Assembly: GCA_040954595.2 (NCBI GenBank)
Contig: CM082577.2
Coordinates: forward strand, 2,728,001 to 2,792,000
From: Balanoglossus misakiensis
Taxonomy: Eukaryota > Animalia > Hemichordata
DNA length: 64,000 nt
Reading direction: 5' to 3'
In this document: positions 54,500-63,980 of the stretch, piece after piece
How positions within the stretch are numbered: position 1 is the first letter of the stretch
How the letters are laid out: the number at the start of each line of letters is the position of its first letter
Program-made: the position numbers and the translations under genes
The notes under the pieces: generated by a model
Told to the model about the DNA's origin: nothing
What the model saw: only the letters and a program-made list of their open reading frames with translations
Databases searched by the model: none

Positions 54500-57400
54500 G
54501 CGTCTCTCTGGTTTTCTAGAAGTTGTTGGACCATGCACACGTCACAAGACAATCTTGCAAACCATTGGTCTCACAACCAGTCTGACATGCCATGACAACG
54601 GTACCTTTGTACCCATGCAAACACAAAACGACATCAACTTCTGTGTGGACAGCCAGGGTGTTACCGTGCCAGGAACCATCACTTACAATGCTGAGGGCAG
54701 ACCCAAACCAAACTGTGAACTCTACAGAACAGGTAAAACCAGGTGTTCTCATCAAACACATCAAATATAGAAATTCTGAAAGTACAATGGCTCGAAATTG
54801 TCACTTACCCAATAACACTTTTTAGCATATAATGAACATGTCTTTTCACCAAATTGTAAGTTTTTTTCCCATAAACCAGTGCATAATTCAGACATCTGAC
54901 AAAGAATTTATGAGTGTCTTTCCCATTTCGTTTCTTCCCAGTTAATCTGAACACGACCATCAATGGCACTGTCCTGCTGAACCCATCACTACAGCCTGTT
55001 GTCACCAAAGTCACCGTGCTCACAGCAACTGGACCTGAGACAATGCAGGTGGTTGTGGCGACGAACGTCACTGCGGAGAACACCGAGATCACGACACCGT
55101 TCACCAAGCCCGTCAACACCAACAACACCGCCAACAACATCACTGTTTCCAGCAAGAACTTGACTCCAGCCAATTTAGTTGCTGTTACAGTTATGACATC
55201 CAACGGGACAAAGACAGTCTACACCATCAAGCAGACCGTAAACAACAACGTCACTTCACCTATTCATGCACCTATCATCACAAACTCAAGTAGGTATACC
55301 CTAAACATACCGTTTAATGTGTAGTCGTTATCCTTTTGAAATAGGATATCATGTAATAATTGTCTTTTCCCCCCATTTTTATAGTTGTGCCACCATGTAC
55401 AAGAAATGAACAAGTTGCCAAGATTCTTGGAGTTCATGCCGCGACTTGTGAAGACAAAGGAATGTATTCTCCCAAGCAGTGTACTGATAATGTGTGCTAC
55501 TGTGTGGACATGATGGGCGTCATTGTGCCTGGCACTCTTGGACAGACGTATAGCAGTGAACTTGACTGTGAGCAGTACAGGAATGGTAAGTCATGGCTTG
55601 GCCATTTCATTCACCAGTGTGGAAAGTCTTAATTTTTGGTCTGTACCAAAAATTATATTGCAGGTATTGTCATGTTATGTACAGGGTGCAGGTGGAGTTG
55701 TAACAACTGGTCATTCATCATGTTTCAGTGAGCAGAATAGCAGAACTAGCCCATCAAAGAAAAGATATAACCAAAATAATATCAAAAGTTAGTGACTTTT
55801 GCCCTTTTATGAACATGTTATATTCTTCCTGTAACTCAGTTGTCACATTGATATTTTTTTCACTTACATCTTAAAAAATCATATTTTTGGTGAATTTTTC
55901 AGTTGTTCTCATCAACATGACAGAAACAGGCATCACAAAGTCAACCACCCCACATACTCCAAATGCAGAGACTTCCACTGACAACAACAGTGAAAATACC
56001 CCTAAAAGTAAGTAAATGTCTCCCTACATAGGTAATTGTCTTCCTTTCCCTTTGTAGGAGAGAACTACAATGTATATGCCCAGTAAACATATAATCTCTC
56101 AAGCCAGTATGATAGATAAATCCATAAATTTGTAATACAAAATACTTGACAGCTATTAAATGTATTGGGCAGTGGTATTTTCAGGTTGTTAAAAACTTCT
56201 CTCTGTTGTTTCCACAAGTGATTGGACCATGCACTCGTCACCAGGAGATTTGCGACAAGGCAGGCATTGCCAAGATGACTTGCAACCCAGAGAACGGTGC
56301 CTTTATGCCAGTGCAGTGCAGTTCTGGTGTCTGCTACTGTGTCGACATGCTGGGTGTGTCTGTTCCAGGAACTGTCACTGTCACATCTGATCCTACATCC
56401 ATGAAGTCTACTTGTGAGAAGTATAGAAAAGGTATGTACTGTGTGGTGGTGTGTTTCAAAGTGTGTAGTGAGATGCAGTCGTAGGAACATTTTGTATGTG
56501 TAGTGTTACACAAGAGTTGATGTGACGTGGTCTGATGTTTCCCTTGCATGGCTTTTGTTTCGGTCTCAGGAAACATATGGTTTTGGAGTGACTCAATTTA
56601 AATTAATTAGCATTTTTGAGGTGTATTGTTTAACTGAATTGGTGAGGTACTTAACATTGCCAAAAGGGTCACTTTTTTACTTTGTGCGAGTCTCACCACA
56701 GGTCGCAGTGACCCTTTTTTGGCATTGTATATAAATAAATTGGTACAGCATTTCAGTAACCAATTCTTCCTTTCTATTTCACAGTTAACATGAACATCAG
56801 TTTGAACGGCACAGTGATCTATTCACCATTCACCAATCCCATCGTGACAAACAAAACAATCTTGACATCCTCTGGACCGCAGACAGTGTGGGGCGTCGTT
56901 GGCACCATCTACAACCCTGCCAGTTTCGGCAACATGACCATACCGCTGCCGGACAGTCCCAACAGTTCCAACTTGGTGCCAGTCCTGATCAACTCCCCTA
57001 CGGGGCCAAAGACAGTGCTGATGATCCACCCCAACCAGGCGACCCCGACCGTGACGCCGCACGTCACCAACTCCAGCAGCAACTACACCGACGTCATCCG
57101 AACCCCGATGGGAACCATCAACGTCCGCGTCACCATCAACGCCTCCACGGACTTCCCGTCCTTCACCAACTACACCATCACCATACTGAACGCGACTCAG
57201 ACCGTCCCCGTGATGCCTAACAGAAACATCTCGGACGTCTTCCCACCGCAGCAGTTCCAGGTCACTCCGTACGGCATCCAGAGCATCAACACGCCAAGCA
57301 AAGTCCCGGTGGTGAAGACGCCGGTCAAATCGCCGTACTCCACCTACCCGCTGTTCCCGGTCTTGAGCACGCCGGACATGACCCAGACCACCGCCGAACT

Positions 57401-60400
57401 GTTCACCGCCAACACGCTGCACAAACTCGTCCCCGTGACGGTCATCTCCCCGAACGGACCCCTCACCGTCCTCATGCCCGAGACCACCCCACTGACCACC
57501 ACTAACACCACCGCCGTCAAGAACACCACCGAGACTGACCCGATAGTGGTGCCGGTGGTCATGATGACCGACTGGGGAATCAAGACCCTCTGGACCGTTG
57601 TCAACACCACCTACAAGAATGTTGAATTCGCAAAAGAGAATGTCCGCAATTACAATCCTAAGGCGAATGCCCCTGTTGTGGTTGCTTTGACCACCAATAC
57701 AAGTAAGTCAATCTCAGTAACTCTGATTAATATAAGCTGTAGAGGAAGGTGGCATCCCTAACTTTGCTTGGTCTGTGCTTATTGTGTTCTGCTGTTGCTG
57801 CTGCCTGTCACAAATTTTGTTTAGAGAGTTTTTACTGTATAATTATGTGTACAGTGAAACCTGTCTATTGAGAACACCTGTGGGAACAGATACAATTGTA
57901 ATCTGTCCTTTATAAAGAGGTGTCCTCAATAGACAGGTAATATGCTATTCACCTGTCCTTAATAGAGAGATGTCATGATAAGGTGTCTGCAATGACAGGT
58001 TCCACTGTATTTCATGATGTTCAAACTTTGTCTATTTCAGCGAAACCACCATGCCTTAGACATACAGAAGTGGCCAAGACGCTTCAAGCTCCTGAGCCAA
58101 GCTGTGAACCCAATGGTCAGTTTGCTCCCCTGCAGTGCACTGATGATGTGTGCTATTGTGTTGATATCAATGGTGTCATCATTGCTGAGACCATCATCCC
58201 ATACTATGTCGGTGTCAAACCACTGTGTGACAGATACAGAACTGGTAAGATATGACAGAAATTGTCCTCAGAGATTTTGGTCGTAAACACTTACAGTAGT
58301 AGAATTTGGAATATGTCTTTCCACTTGCATTTGCAAGCCACTCTACATGTAGTTGCATGAATGTTTTTGATTCTGGATCTTTGTGTGACTGTCAACTGTT
58401 GACTAACCCTTTTTGTTTTGTTAAAGTTTTTCATGTACTGTCCAGCAGTTGCATCCCAGGTCTATGTACATCAATGCATTTCTTAATAGTCCACTCGGGG
58501 AACTTCACGAAATATTGAAAGTTTGAGCCACTCATGTTTGGGTAAAATGTTGTTGTTTTCAAATCTTTAACTGACCTCAATTTTTATAATTTTTACTGTA
58601 CAGTAAGTCTGCTGAACACTTCTGTGAATGATGTCATTGTCAAGACCAAGGTCATCCCCCACCCATGGAACCCAGACACTGAGAAGACAATCACTACAGG
58701 TAGTTTTTTTTCATAATATTCACAAACTACAGACATTTCACTTCAATAGAATGTGTTCTAGTTTAAACCTAATCAAAGCAGTTAAGTTTAATCAGTCTTC
58801 ACCAGGGTGTGTAAACGCATTGTTTGTTATCTCTCTCTCACTCTCTCTCTTACACACTGTCACAGTTGAAGGACCTTGCACACGTCACAAAGCCATGGCA
58901 GATGAGATGGATCTGCTGTCGTCAATGAACTGTCATTCAAGCAATGGAACATTCACACCACTCCAGTGCCCAGACACAGATACTTGCTTCTGCGTGGACA
59001 GCCGTGGCATACCTGTACCGGGAACTTTGACATATCTTGATGCCAGCATGAAACTGCCCAAGTGTGAACAGTACAGAAATGGTAATTACTTTTTCTCCAC
59101 ATATATTACAGTGTATTTCTATGGTTCTATGTCAAATAAAAAACACCCCACAATTCATGGCAGCAATACCAAATAGTGACCAGTTTGGCCCACTTTTTTG
59201 TTTAGTACAATTGTTAAATATATCTTTGATTGACATCTTTTTTGTATATGTTGTCACCTTTGATTGACAAGTATTATTCTCAAAATCTGTTTATCTTATC
59301 AAGGATGTGATGATTTGTTTTGCAGCTATTATTTTATGACCTAGGGTGACCTTGCCAAGTCATGTGAGAGTTGACCACTATTTCACCTCAGATAAAAGCA
59401 TATCAGTTGTCATGATGTGTACAATCTGGTCAAAACATGTTTGTTTTCCTACGAAGGAACTGATCGTTACCAGATTTTAGTTTACCAAGTCTCATAAAAT
59501 AACATTTTGGCAAGAATATGAGCCAGCATGTTACAGTGTTATTTTGTAATGAGCTCCCTCAAATGAAAGACCTTTTTTTAATATGTGTCACAAACATAGA
59601 AACAAGCCCTGCATGTCAGCATATTACTCATTTAATGTAATTCCAGTGTTTTCACAAAGACGATATTGAACATATTAAACTTGAAAAATAATCCTTTCTT
59701 GTACATAATTGTAGATGACTATGACTGTAAAGTACTTTTTGTTGATCATCATTTGATTTTTGTGAATCCTTTGCGTATTTTTCCAGTTAACCTGAACCTG
59801 ACCGTGTACAACAATCTCATCCTGCCGCCATACATGCTTCCCGTGGTCACAAACAACACTGTGCTGACGCCCACTGGTCTGAAGACTGTGCTGACAGTCC
59901 TGGCTCCGTGCGTTATCAGCCTAACCAAGAACGTGACTCAGCTGCCGTTCAACGTCCCGGCCAACCTGACCGACACCACGCTGAGCAACCCGCAGAAAGT
60001 TGCGACCAACATCACCGTCATGACGCCGCAGGGGCCAAGGACAGTCAATGTCACGCTCACCTTGGCGGTCACAAACACCACCGTCAACTCCACTACTCTG
60101 AGTGACAACACAGTGAAGATGAACCCAACACCTGAGTTCACAACTCCCGTCCGAATTCCAATTGTTCCTACCGTGACAGTCAGCGCGCCAAAAGTGTCGT
60201 ACAAGCAGTCGCAAAATCGCAAGTGGTGGACCGATGCTGTCACGCCAAACATTGTCACACCCTACACCAACATGTACACTGAATCTTTCGTCAGAACGAC
60301 TATGACGGCCCCTGTGACTGTGAACTCCACGGCTCCACTCACTCTGACACCCCTCCTGCCATACAACACAACCACCACCTCTACCCAGACGCCATGGTTC

Positions 60401-62965
60401 GTGCCGTACCTGGTTGCGAAGTACGTGAACATCACCGCGCCATTCAACATCTCATCCACCGTCAACACCACCGAAGTGGTCATCGGTCCTGTCACAGTCA
60501 TCACCCCCTCTGGACCCAACACCGTCATCACACCTTATCAGAACAGCTTCGTGGTCATGCCCAGCAGCGACCGGAACACCAACTTCAGCAGCGAGGTCAT
60601 GGGGAAGATTGAAAATGCTGTTGTCACCCCGATGACTTACATAACCCCGTGGGGAGTGAAGAAATCATGGAGCCCAGTGGTCATGCCATCGTGGCTGGTC
60701 AACGTGGCCCAGACGTCGGACTTGCCAGTGGTGACTCCAACAACCATCGCCACCCCCTCTGGAACTAAGGTCATCTACACCACCCAGGTACCAAATGGTT
60801 TGAACATAACCAAGAAAACCCAGATTGTTCTTCCATTGGTGGCAAATGCAAGTAAGTGAATTTTAATCTCTTTCTGCACATTTTTATAAAAACCTCAATA
60901 GAGAGAGAGAAGATACATTATAAAAGCTGCTCTGTTGACCTACTCCGTGCCATAAGTTACAATTTCTTTCTATTTTTGTTCTGAAACTGGCACACTAACG
61001 CACCATTAACTGTACGCATCTCCCAATAACAGCTGAGACTTCATGCAACCAGCTGAAGAAGATTGCCAATATCGTTGGAATTCCCCCTCCTATGTGTGAC
61101 GAAGATGGCAAGTTTACTCCCTCTCAGTGCGAGGGACAGGTTTGCTACTGTGTGGACACCAAGGGAGTGCTTGTTCCAGGAACTGTGCAGTCACACAGGA
61201 GACCCTGGTGTGAACCCTACAAGACAGGTAGGTTTACATATTGTTACATAAAAATGTACAGTCAAACCTGTCTATATAGTGGCCAATCAAGGAACTTTCC
61301 TGAACTGGCTTTTATAGACAGGTCAATTAATGCACATGTTAATTGCACAGGGACTGTAACAAAGTGGCCACTATACAGAGGTGGCCATTATGTAGAGATG
61401 GCCAGTAACACAGGTTTGACTGTACATCTTACCACGCATGCATCATACAATTCTCTCATAATATGTCACAGCATATAATACGTGAAACCAAGGAATTTGT
61501 ATGCACCACTATACAAACTGTGTATTTACTGTGTGAATGGTTCTCTCAACAGTCTCTCTAATCAACACCACTGTCTCTGAAGTCCAAATGGAAAAGTCCA
61601 GTGAAACCGCTACTGCCAGCATGACCAGTAAGTACCAGTACAAATTGTTTATGTGCAGCGACAATTTAAAATCACAGTCAAAATACAAAATTAAACTCTT
61701 GTGCTCTTAAACTCTTTCGCCACAGAGGTTGGTCCTTGCACCCGCCACCAGAGAATCGCCAGGGCTCTCGGCGTACCCACCATGACGTGCCACTCAGGGA
61801 ACGGTACCTTCACACCACTGCAACGCATCAATGATGTCACATACTGCGTGGACAGCCAAGGTGTCACGGTGCCCGGAACTGTTGGCGTTGTCTCCTACAC
61901 CAACCCAGTACCAAACTGTGAACCATACAGGAACCGTAAGGACAAAAACTCTCTTCTGCTGTGCTAAACTTGCTAGTCAAATTAATATAAATCTGTATAA
62001 TCAATGATGTTGTACTAGCTGCTATTAATTTCTTTTGTACATGCTATATATTATTTTCAGTGAATCTGAACACAACTATCAACGGCACCATCATCCTCGA
62101 TTGGAAATCTGTCCCAGTGGTCACTCGTGTCACCGTCATGACACCCACTGGACCCAAGACAGTGTACACCCCTGTGATGACCAACGTCAGCATTCCACTG
62201 ATGACTGTACCACAGACCGTTAACAACATCACCACCACAAAGAATGTGACCGTGATGACCAGCGAGGGGGTCAAGACCATCTTTGCTAACGTACCATGGA
62301 GTGTTCTCAATGTCACAAATGTTACCGCCACCGCCAACACGAGTAAGTGTTGATTCTGTCTTTCTGTGCACACACTCTGCATAACCACTGGCAAAGTGTG
62401 TACATGTGCATACCTGATAGCTGTTTCAGTGGACAATATTAGTTACTTCAACCTTTTATATGTTACAAGTCTGTGTCAATAAGAACTTATGGGAGAACAA
62501 GGTATTGAGGAAAGTATGCCAAATCCTGCGATAATTTGTACCTGGAGTGCATTTTGAAAATTCATCAAATCTTAACTTGAATCGGTGAATGTTTTTATGT
62601 GTGTTTGATGTTGATGCTAAACTGATGGTGATACAACTTACTGAACTGGGTCATTCAAAACTGTGAAATGAAAAATGTAGCATTGTACATGTACATGTAT
62701 GAAAACCAATATCTGAGGTGAGTTTTGCTTTGTTTTACTTCTGTGTCCACAGCTGTACCTGCATGCATTCGTCAAACTCAAATATCCAAGGAAATATTCG
62801 GTGTTGTTGAACCCAACTGTTCACCAATCAATGGCAGCTATGAACCCCTGCAATACAACCCTGTGACCGGAGTCTACTACTGTGTCGACACCAACGGTGT
62901 GACCATCCCCAACACAGTGACACCATCCGTCCTGCCTAAACCTGTCTGCGAACCATACAGGGATG
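34582..62965 (+). CDS. Giant secreted mucin-like mosaic glycoprotein: signal peptide, EGF, CysD(WxxW), six VWE/pacifastin-like modules, at least 21 thyroglobulin type-1 repeats with T/P/V/N-rich linkers; 3'-incomplete
   Basis: 61 in-phase GT-AG exons. N-terminal part: 34582-34712 (MKHLLLILVAFAAIAQG signal peptide), 36846-36904 (KCCPGW), 37424-37516 (EGF), 37798-37894 and 38075-38262 (CWTQWMNSDDP..GDYE..CEDYRVRLLC). Cys-module part: 38596-38671, 38931-38983, 39205-39301, 39491-39631, 40107-40247, 40573-40713, 41067-41204, 41413-41462. TG1 and linker part: 41595-41698, 41954-42062, 42452-42664, 43029-43088, 43251-43460, 43841-43909, 44264-44470, 44691-44840, 45203-45421, 45550-45597, six 27-nt exons in 45969-47351, 47560-47619, 47816-48031, 48485-48652, 48834-49043, 49294-49374, 49609-49812, 50198-50338, 50517-50726, 50919-50960, 51175-51387, 51671-51820, 52273-52485, 52725-52802, 52993-53190, 53532-53717, 53802-54008, 54275-54325, 54520-54732, 54942-55289, 55385-55585, 55903-56007, 56219-56431, 56785-57702, 58041-58244, 58604-58699, 58866-59081, 59787-60851, 61033-61227, 61553-61627, 61726-61935, 62061-62342, 62753-62965. 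No stop codon is reached within the window. Confidence 0.88.
34895..34963 (+). repeat. (ATG)23 microsatellite in intron 1 of the mosaic gene
   Basis: Perfect trinucleotide run. It generates the poly-Met and poly-Ile artefact ORFs. Confidence 0.95.
37798..38262 (+). other. Mucin CysD (WxxW) domain, encoded by two exons
   Basis: CWTQWMNSDDPYQGRGDYE...C...PKAIEC...LVCDRRVGLTCDN...CEDYRVRLLCPC matches the CysD pattern of MUC2/MUC5AC/CILP and oikosins. Confidence 0.85.
38596..41462 (+). other. Six tandem C-x17-DCN-x-C-x-C-x2-G-x-W-x-CT-x3-C modules (VWE/half-VWC or pacifastin-like)
   Basis: Examples: CITIDGTEYETRDVINNDCNKCICDDGKWECTKMLC and CTNIDGIQYPHGQMVNRDCNTCICLSGKWECTRRYC. Each module is split by a phase-2 intron inside the same Cys codon. 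Module 2 is degenerate. Confidence 0.75.
38807..38880 (+). repeat. Compound (CATT)n/(CAGT)n microsatellite
   Basis: Directly visible tetranucleotide runs. Confidence 0.9.
44484..44680 (+). mobile_element. Degenerate MITE-like fragment with a TACTGTAAAA-type terminus, intronic
   Basis: It begins TACTGTAAAACGGGAGATTTTCGTG and forms a CpG-rich patch with TTTTCG/CACGAA sub-repeats in an otherwise CpG-poor intron. The right terminus is not clear. Confidence 0.35.
45585..47572 (+). repeat. Seven-unit tandem repeat of an intron plus flanking exon ends, generating six 27-nt micro-exons
   Basis: Recurring unit: GTACGACCATCAG|GTAAGTCAGTTTTCTATTGC...AAATTATAGATTGGCAGATA...AACTTGTAG|(C/T)TG(C/A)ACCAGATA. 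Micro-exons lie at 45969-45995, 46168-46194, 46491-46517, 46856-46882, 47161-47187 and 47325-47351. Confidence 0.9.
54468..54494 (+). repeat. (GAT)n microsatellite just upstream of a TG1 exon acceptor
   Basis: Directly visible run. Confidence 0.85.
57852..58007. mobile_element. Tc1/mariner-pogo-type MITE with TA target-site duplication
   Basis: TA|CAGTGAAACCTGTC...GACAGGTTCCACTG|TA inverted termini, with internal ACACC/GGTGT sub-repeats. Confidence 0.75.
61259..61422. mobile_element. Tc1/mariner-pogo-type MITE with TA target-site duplication
   Basis: TA|CAGTCAAACCTGT...ACAGGTTTGACTG|TA perfect 13-bp TIRs with internal GTGGCC sub-repeats. Same terminal type as 57852-58007. Confidence 0.8.
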
Positions 62966-62974
62966 GTGAGTTGT

Positions 62975-62998
62975 GAATGAATGAATGAATGAATGAAT
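62975..62998 (+). repeat. (GAAT)6 microsatellite, left flank of the Penelope-like insertion
   Basis: The same repeat resumes at 63981-64000 in the same orientation. Confidence 0.9.
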
Positions 62999-63061
62999 GG
63001 AGTGTAAAATATAAAATATGCTCGACCGTAGTTCCTGTCTTCTGAATGATCTTTATTTAAA

Positions 63062-63101
63062 ACCAACGTTTCGGCAGTACACAGACTGCCTTCTTCAGGG
63101 T
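63062..63101 (-). ncRNA. Minimal type I hammerhead ribozyme in the 3' pLTR (element sense)
   Basis: Exact reverse complement of 63801-63840: ACC CTGAAGA A GGCAGT ctgtgt ACTGCC GAAAC GTT GGT. Confidence 0.75.
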
Positions 63102-63444
63102 ATACTAATGGAAACAAATAAAACACGATAGGAATCGGTTAAAATAGGTATGTGGTAAAAAGCAGTAAATTTCAGAAAATTAACAAAATTGGCATTACAA
63201 TAAAAGGCGTCTCTGTGTGACTAGAGGTTAAAAAATGAATGGTAATGACAAAAATTGTACATTTCATGGGAATAAAATCACTATATATGTGTAGAATGAA
63301 GAGAGAAACCAACCTTGATACGAAGTTGCAGCGTATCGAGAAGTACAGTGATGGTGTTGGAAACTGACTCCCTAGTGTGGGGCAGAAAGATCAAATATAG
63401 ACCCCCCAGGTGTGGTGAGAATAGAGGAACATGGTATGGAGGCA

Positions 63445-63654
63445 TCATCCCTCCTTACGGTTGATACCATTTGGCGATAGGGTACCAAACTCAGTAATGA
63501 AGTAGAGTTCTTTTTGACGTCGGGTTTGTGTGTTGGGGCTGAATATTTTGCAGAGGCCACTGGCATGAAAGTGACTGAGGTTGTGACCAGGTTGGTTAAA
63601 ATGTTCTGAGACAGGGGTGGGTTTGTTATTTTTGATGGTGTAGATGTGTTCATA
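63445..63654 (-). pseudogene. C-terminal fragment of a PLE GIY-YIG endonuclease
   Basis: EHIYTIKNNKPTPVSEHFNQPGH...TRRQKELYFITEFGTLSPNGINR matches the EH..I..PV..HF...H...R...E..(W/F)I....T..P.G(L/I)N pattern of PLE endonucleases. It is cut off at the inversion junction. Confidence 0.85.
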
Positions 63655-63800
63655 CATTACCATTCATTTTTTAACCTCTAGTCACACAGAGACGCCTTTT
63701 ATTGTAATGCCAATTTTGTTAATTTTCTGAAATTTACTGCTTTTTACCACATACCTATTTTAACCGATTCCTATCGTGTTTTATTTGTTTCCATTAGTAT

Positions 63801-63840
63801 ACCCTGAAGAAGGCAGTCTGTGTACTGCCGAAACGTTGGT
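63801..63840 (+). ncRNA. Minimal type I hammerhead ribozyme in the inverted pLTR (sense to the host pre-mRNA)
   Basis: Core CUGAAGA at 63804-63810 and stem II GGCAGT/ACTGCC (63812-63817 / 63824-63829), then GAAA. Stem III is a loopless palindrome (AACGTT), the predicted cleavage triplet is GUU, and stem I is 3 bp (ACC/GGT). Confidence 0.75.
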
Positions 63841-63980
63841 TTTAAATAAAGATCATTCAGAAGACAGGAACTACGGTCGAGCATATTTTATATTTTACAC
63901 TCTGTACTACGTCCGATGTGCTCCCGCCTTCCGCTGAAAACTTCGATAGTTGTAGTTGGACTGACTTTCCTACCTATCCT

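Larger units (their letters stand above)
41595..62965 (+). other. Array of at least 21 thyroglobulin type-1 (TG1) repeats
   Basis: Each repeat follows PC..x..P.C..(N/D)G.F.P.QC....C(Y/F)CVD..G..IPGT.....P.C, the TG1 QC/CWCV signature with W replaced mostly by Y or F. Repeats 2-21 each occupy one phase 1-1 exon of 195-219 nt. Confidence 0.92.
62999..63980 (-). mobile_element. 5'-truncated Penelope-like retroelement (PLE) with inverted pseudo-LTR
   Basis: Minus-strand C-terminal GIY-YIG endonuclease fragment at 63445-63654. A 248-bp inverted repeat (63000-63247 / 63655-63902) shows no mismatch I could find. Each arm holds a minimal hammerhead motif and an AATAAA. An inverted 5' pLTR is characteristic of PLE insertions. 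Confidence 0.88.

Noticed and set aside
56823-60531. Antisense and alternate-frame ORFs over the long linker exons
   Set aside because: They are shadows of the ACC/GTC/AAC-rich sense coding frame.
41595-62965. Calling the gene a thyroglobulin (TG) orthologue
   Set aside because: No TG type-2/type-3 or cholinesterase-like domain is visible, and the N-terminal EGF/CysD modules and long linkers do not match TG. The C-terminus lies outside the window.
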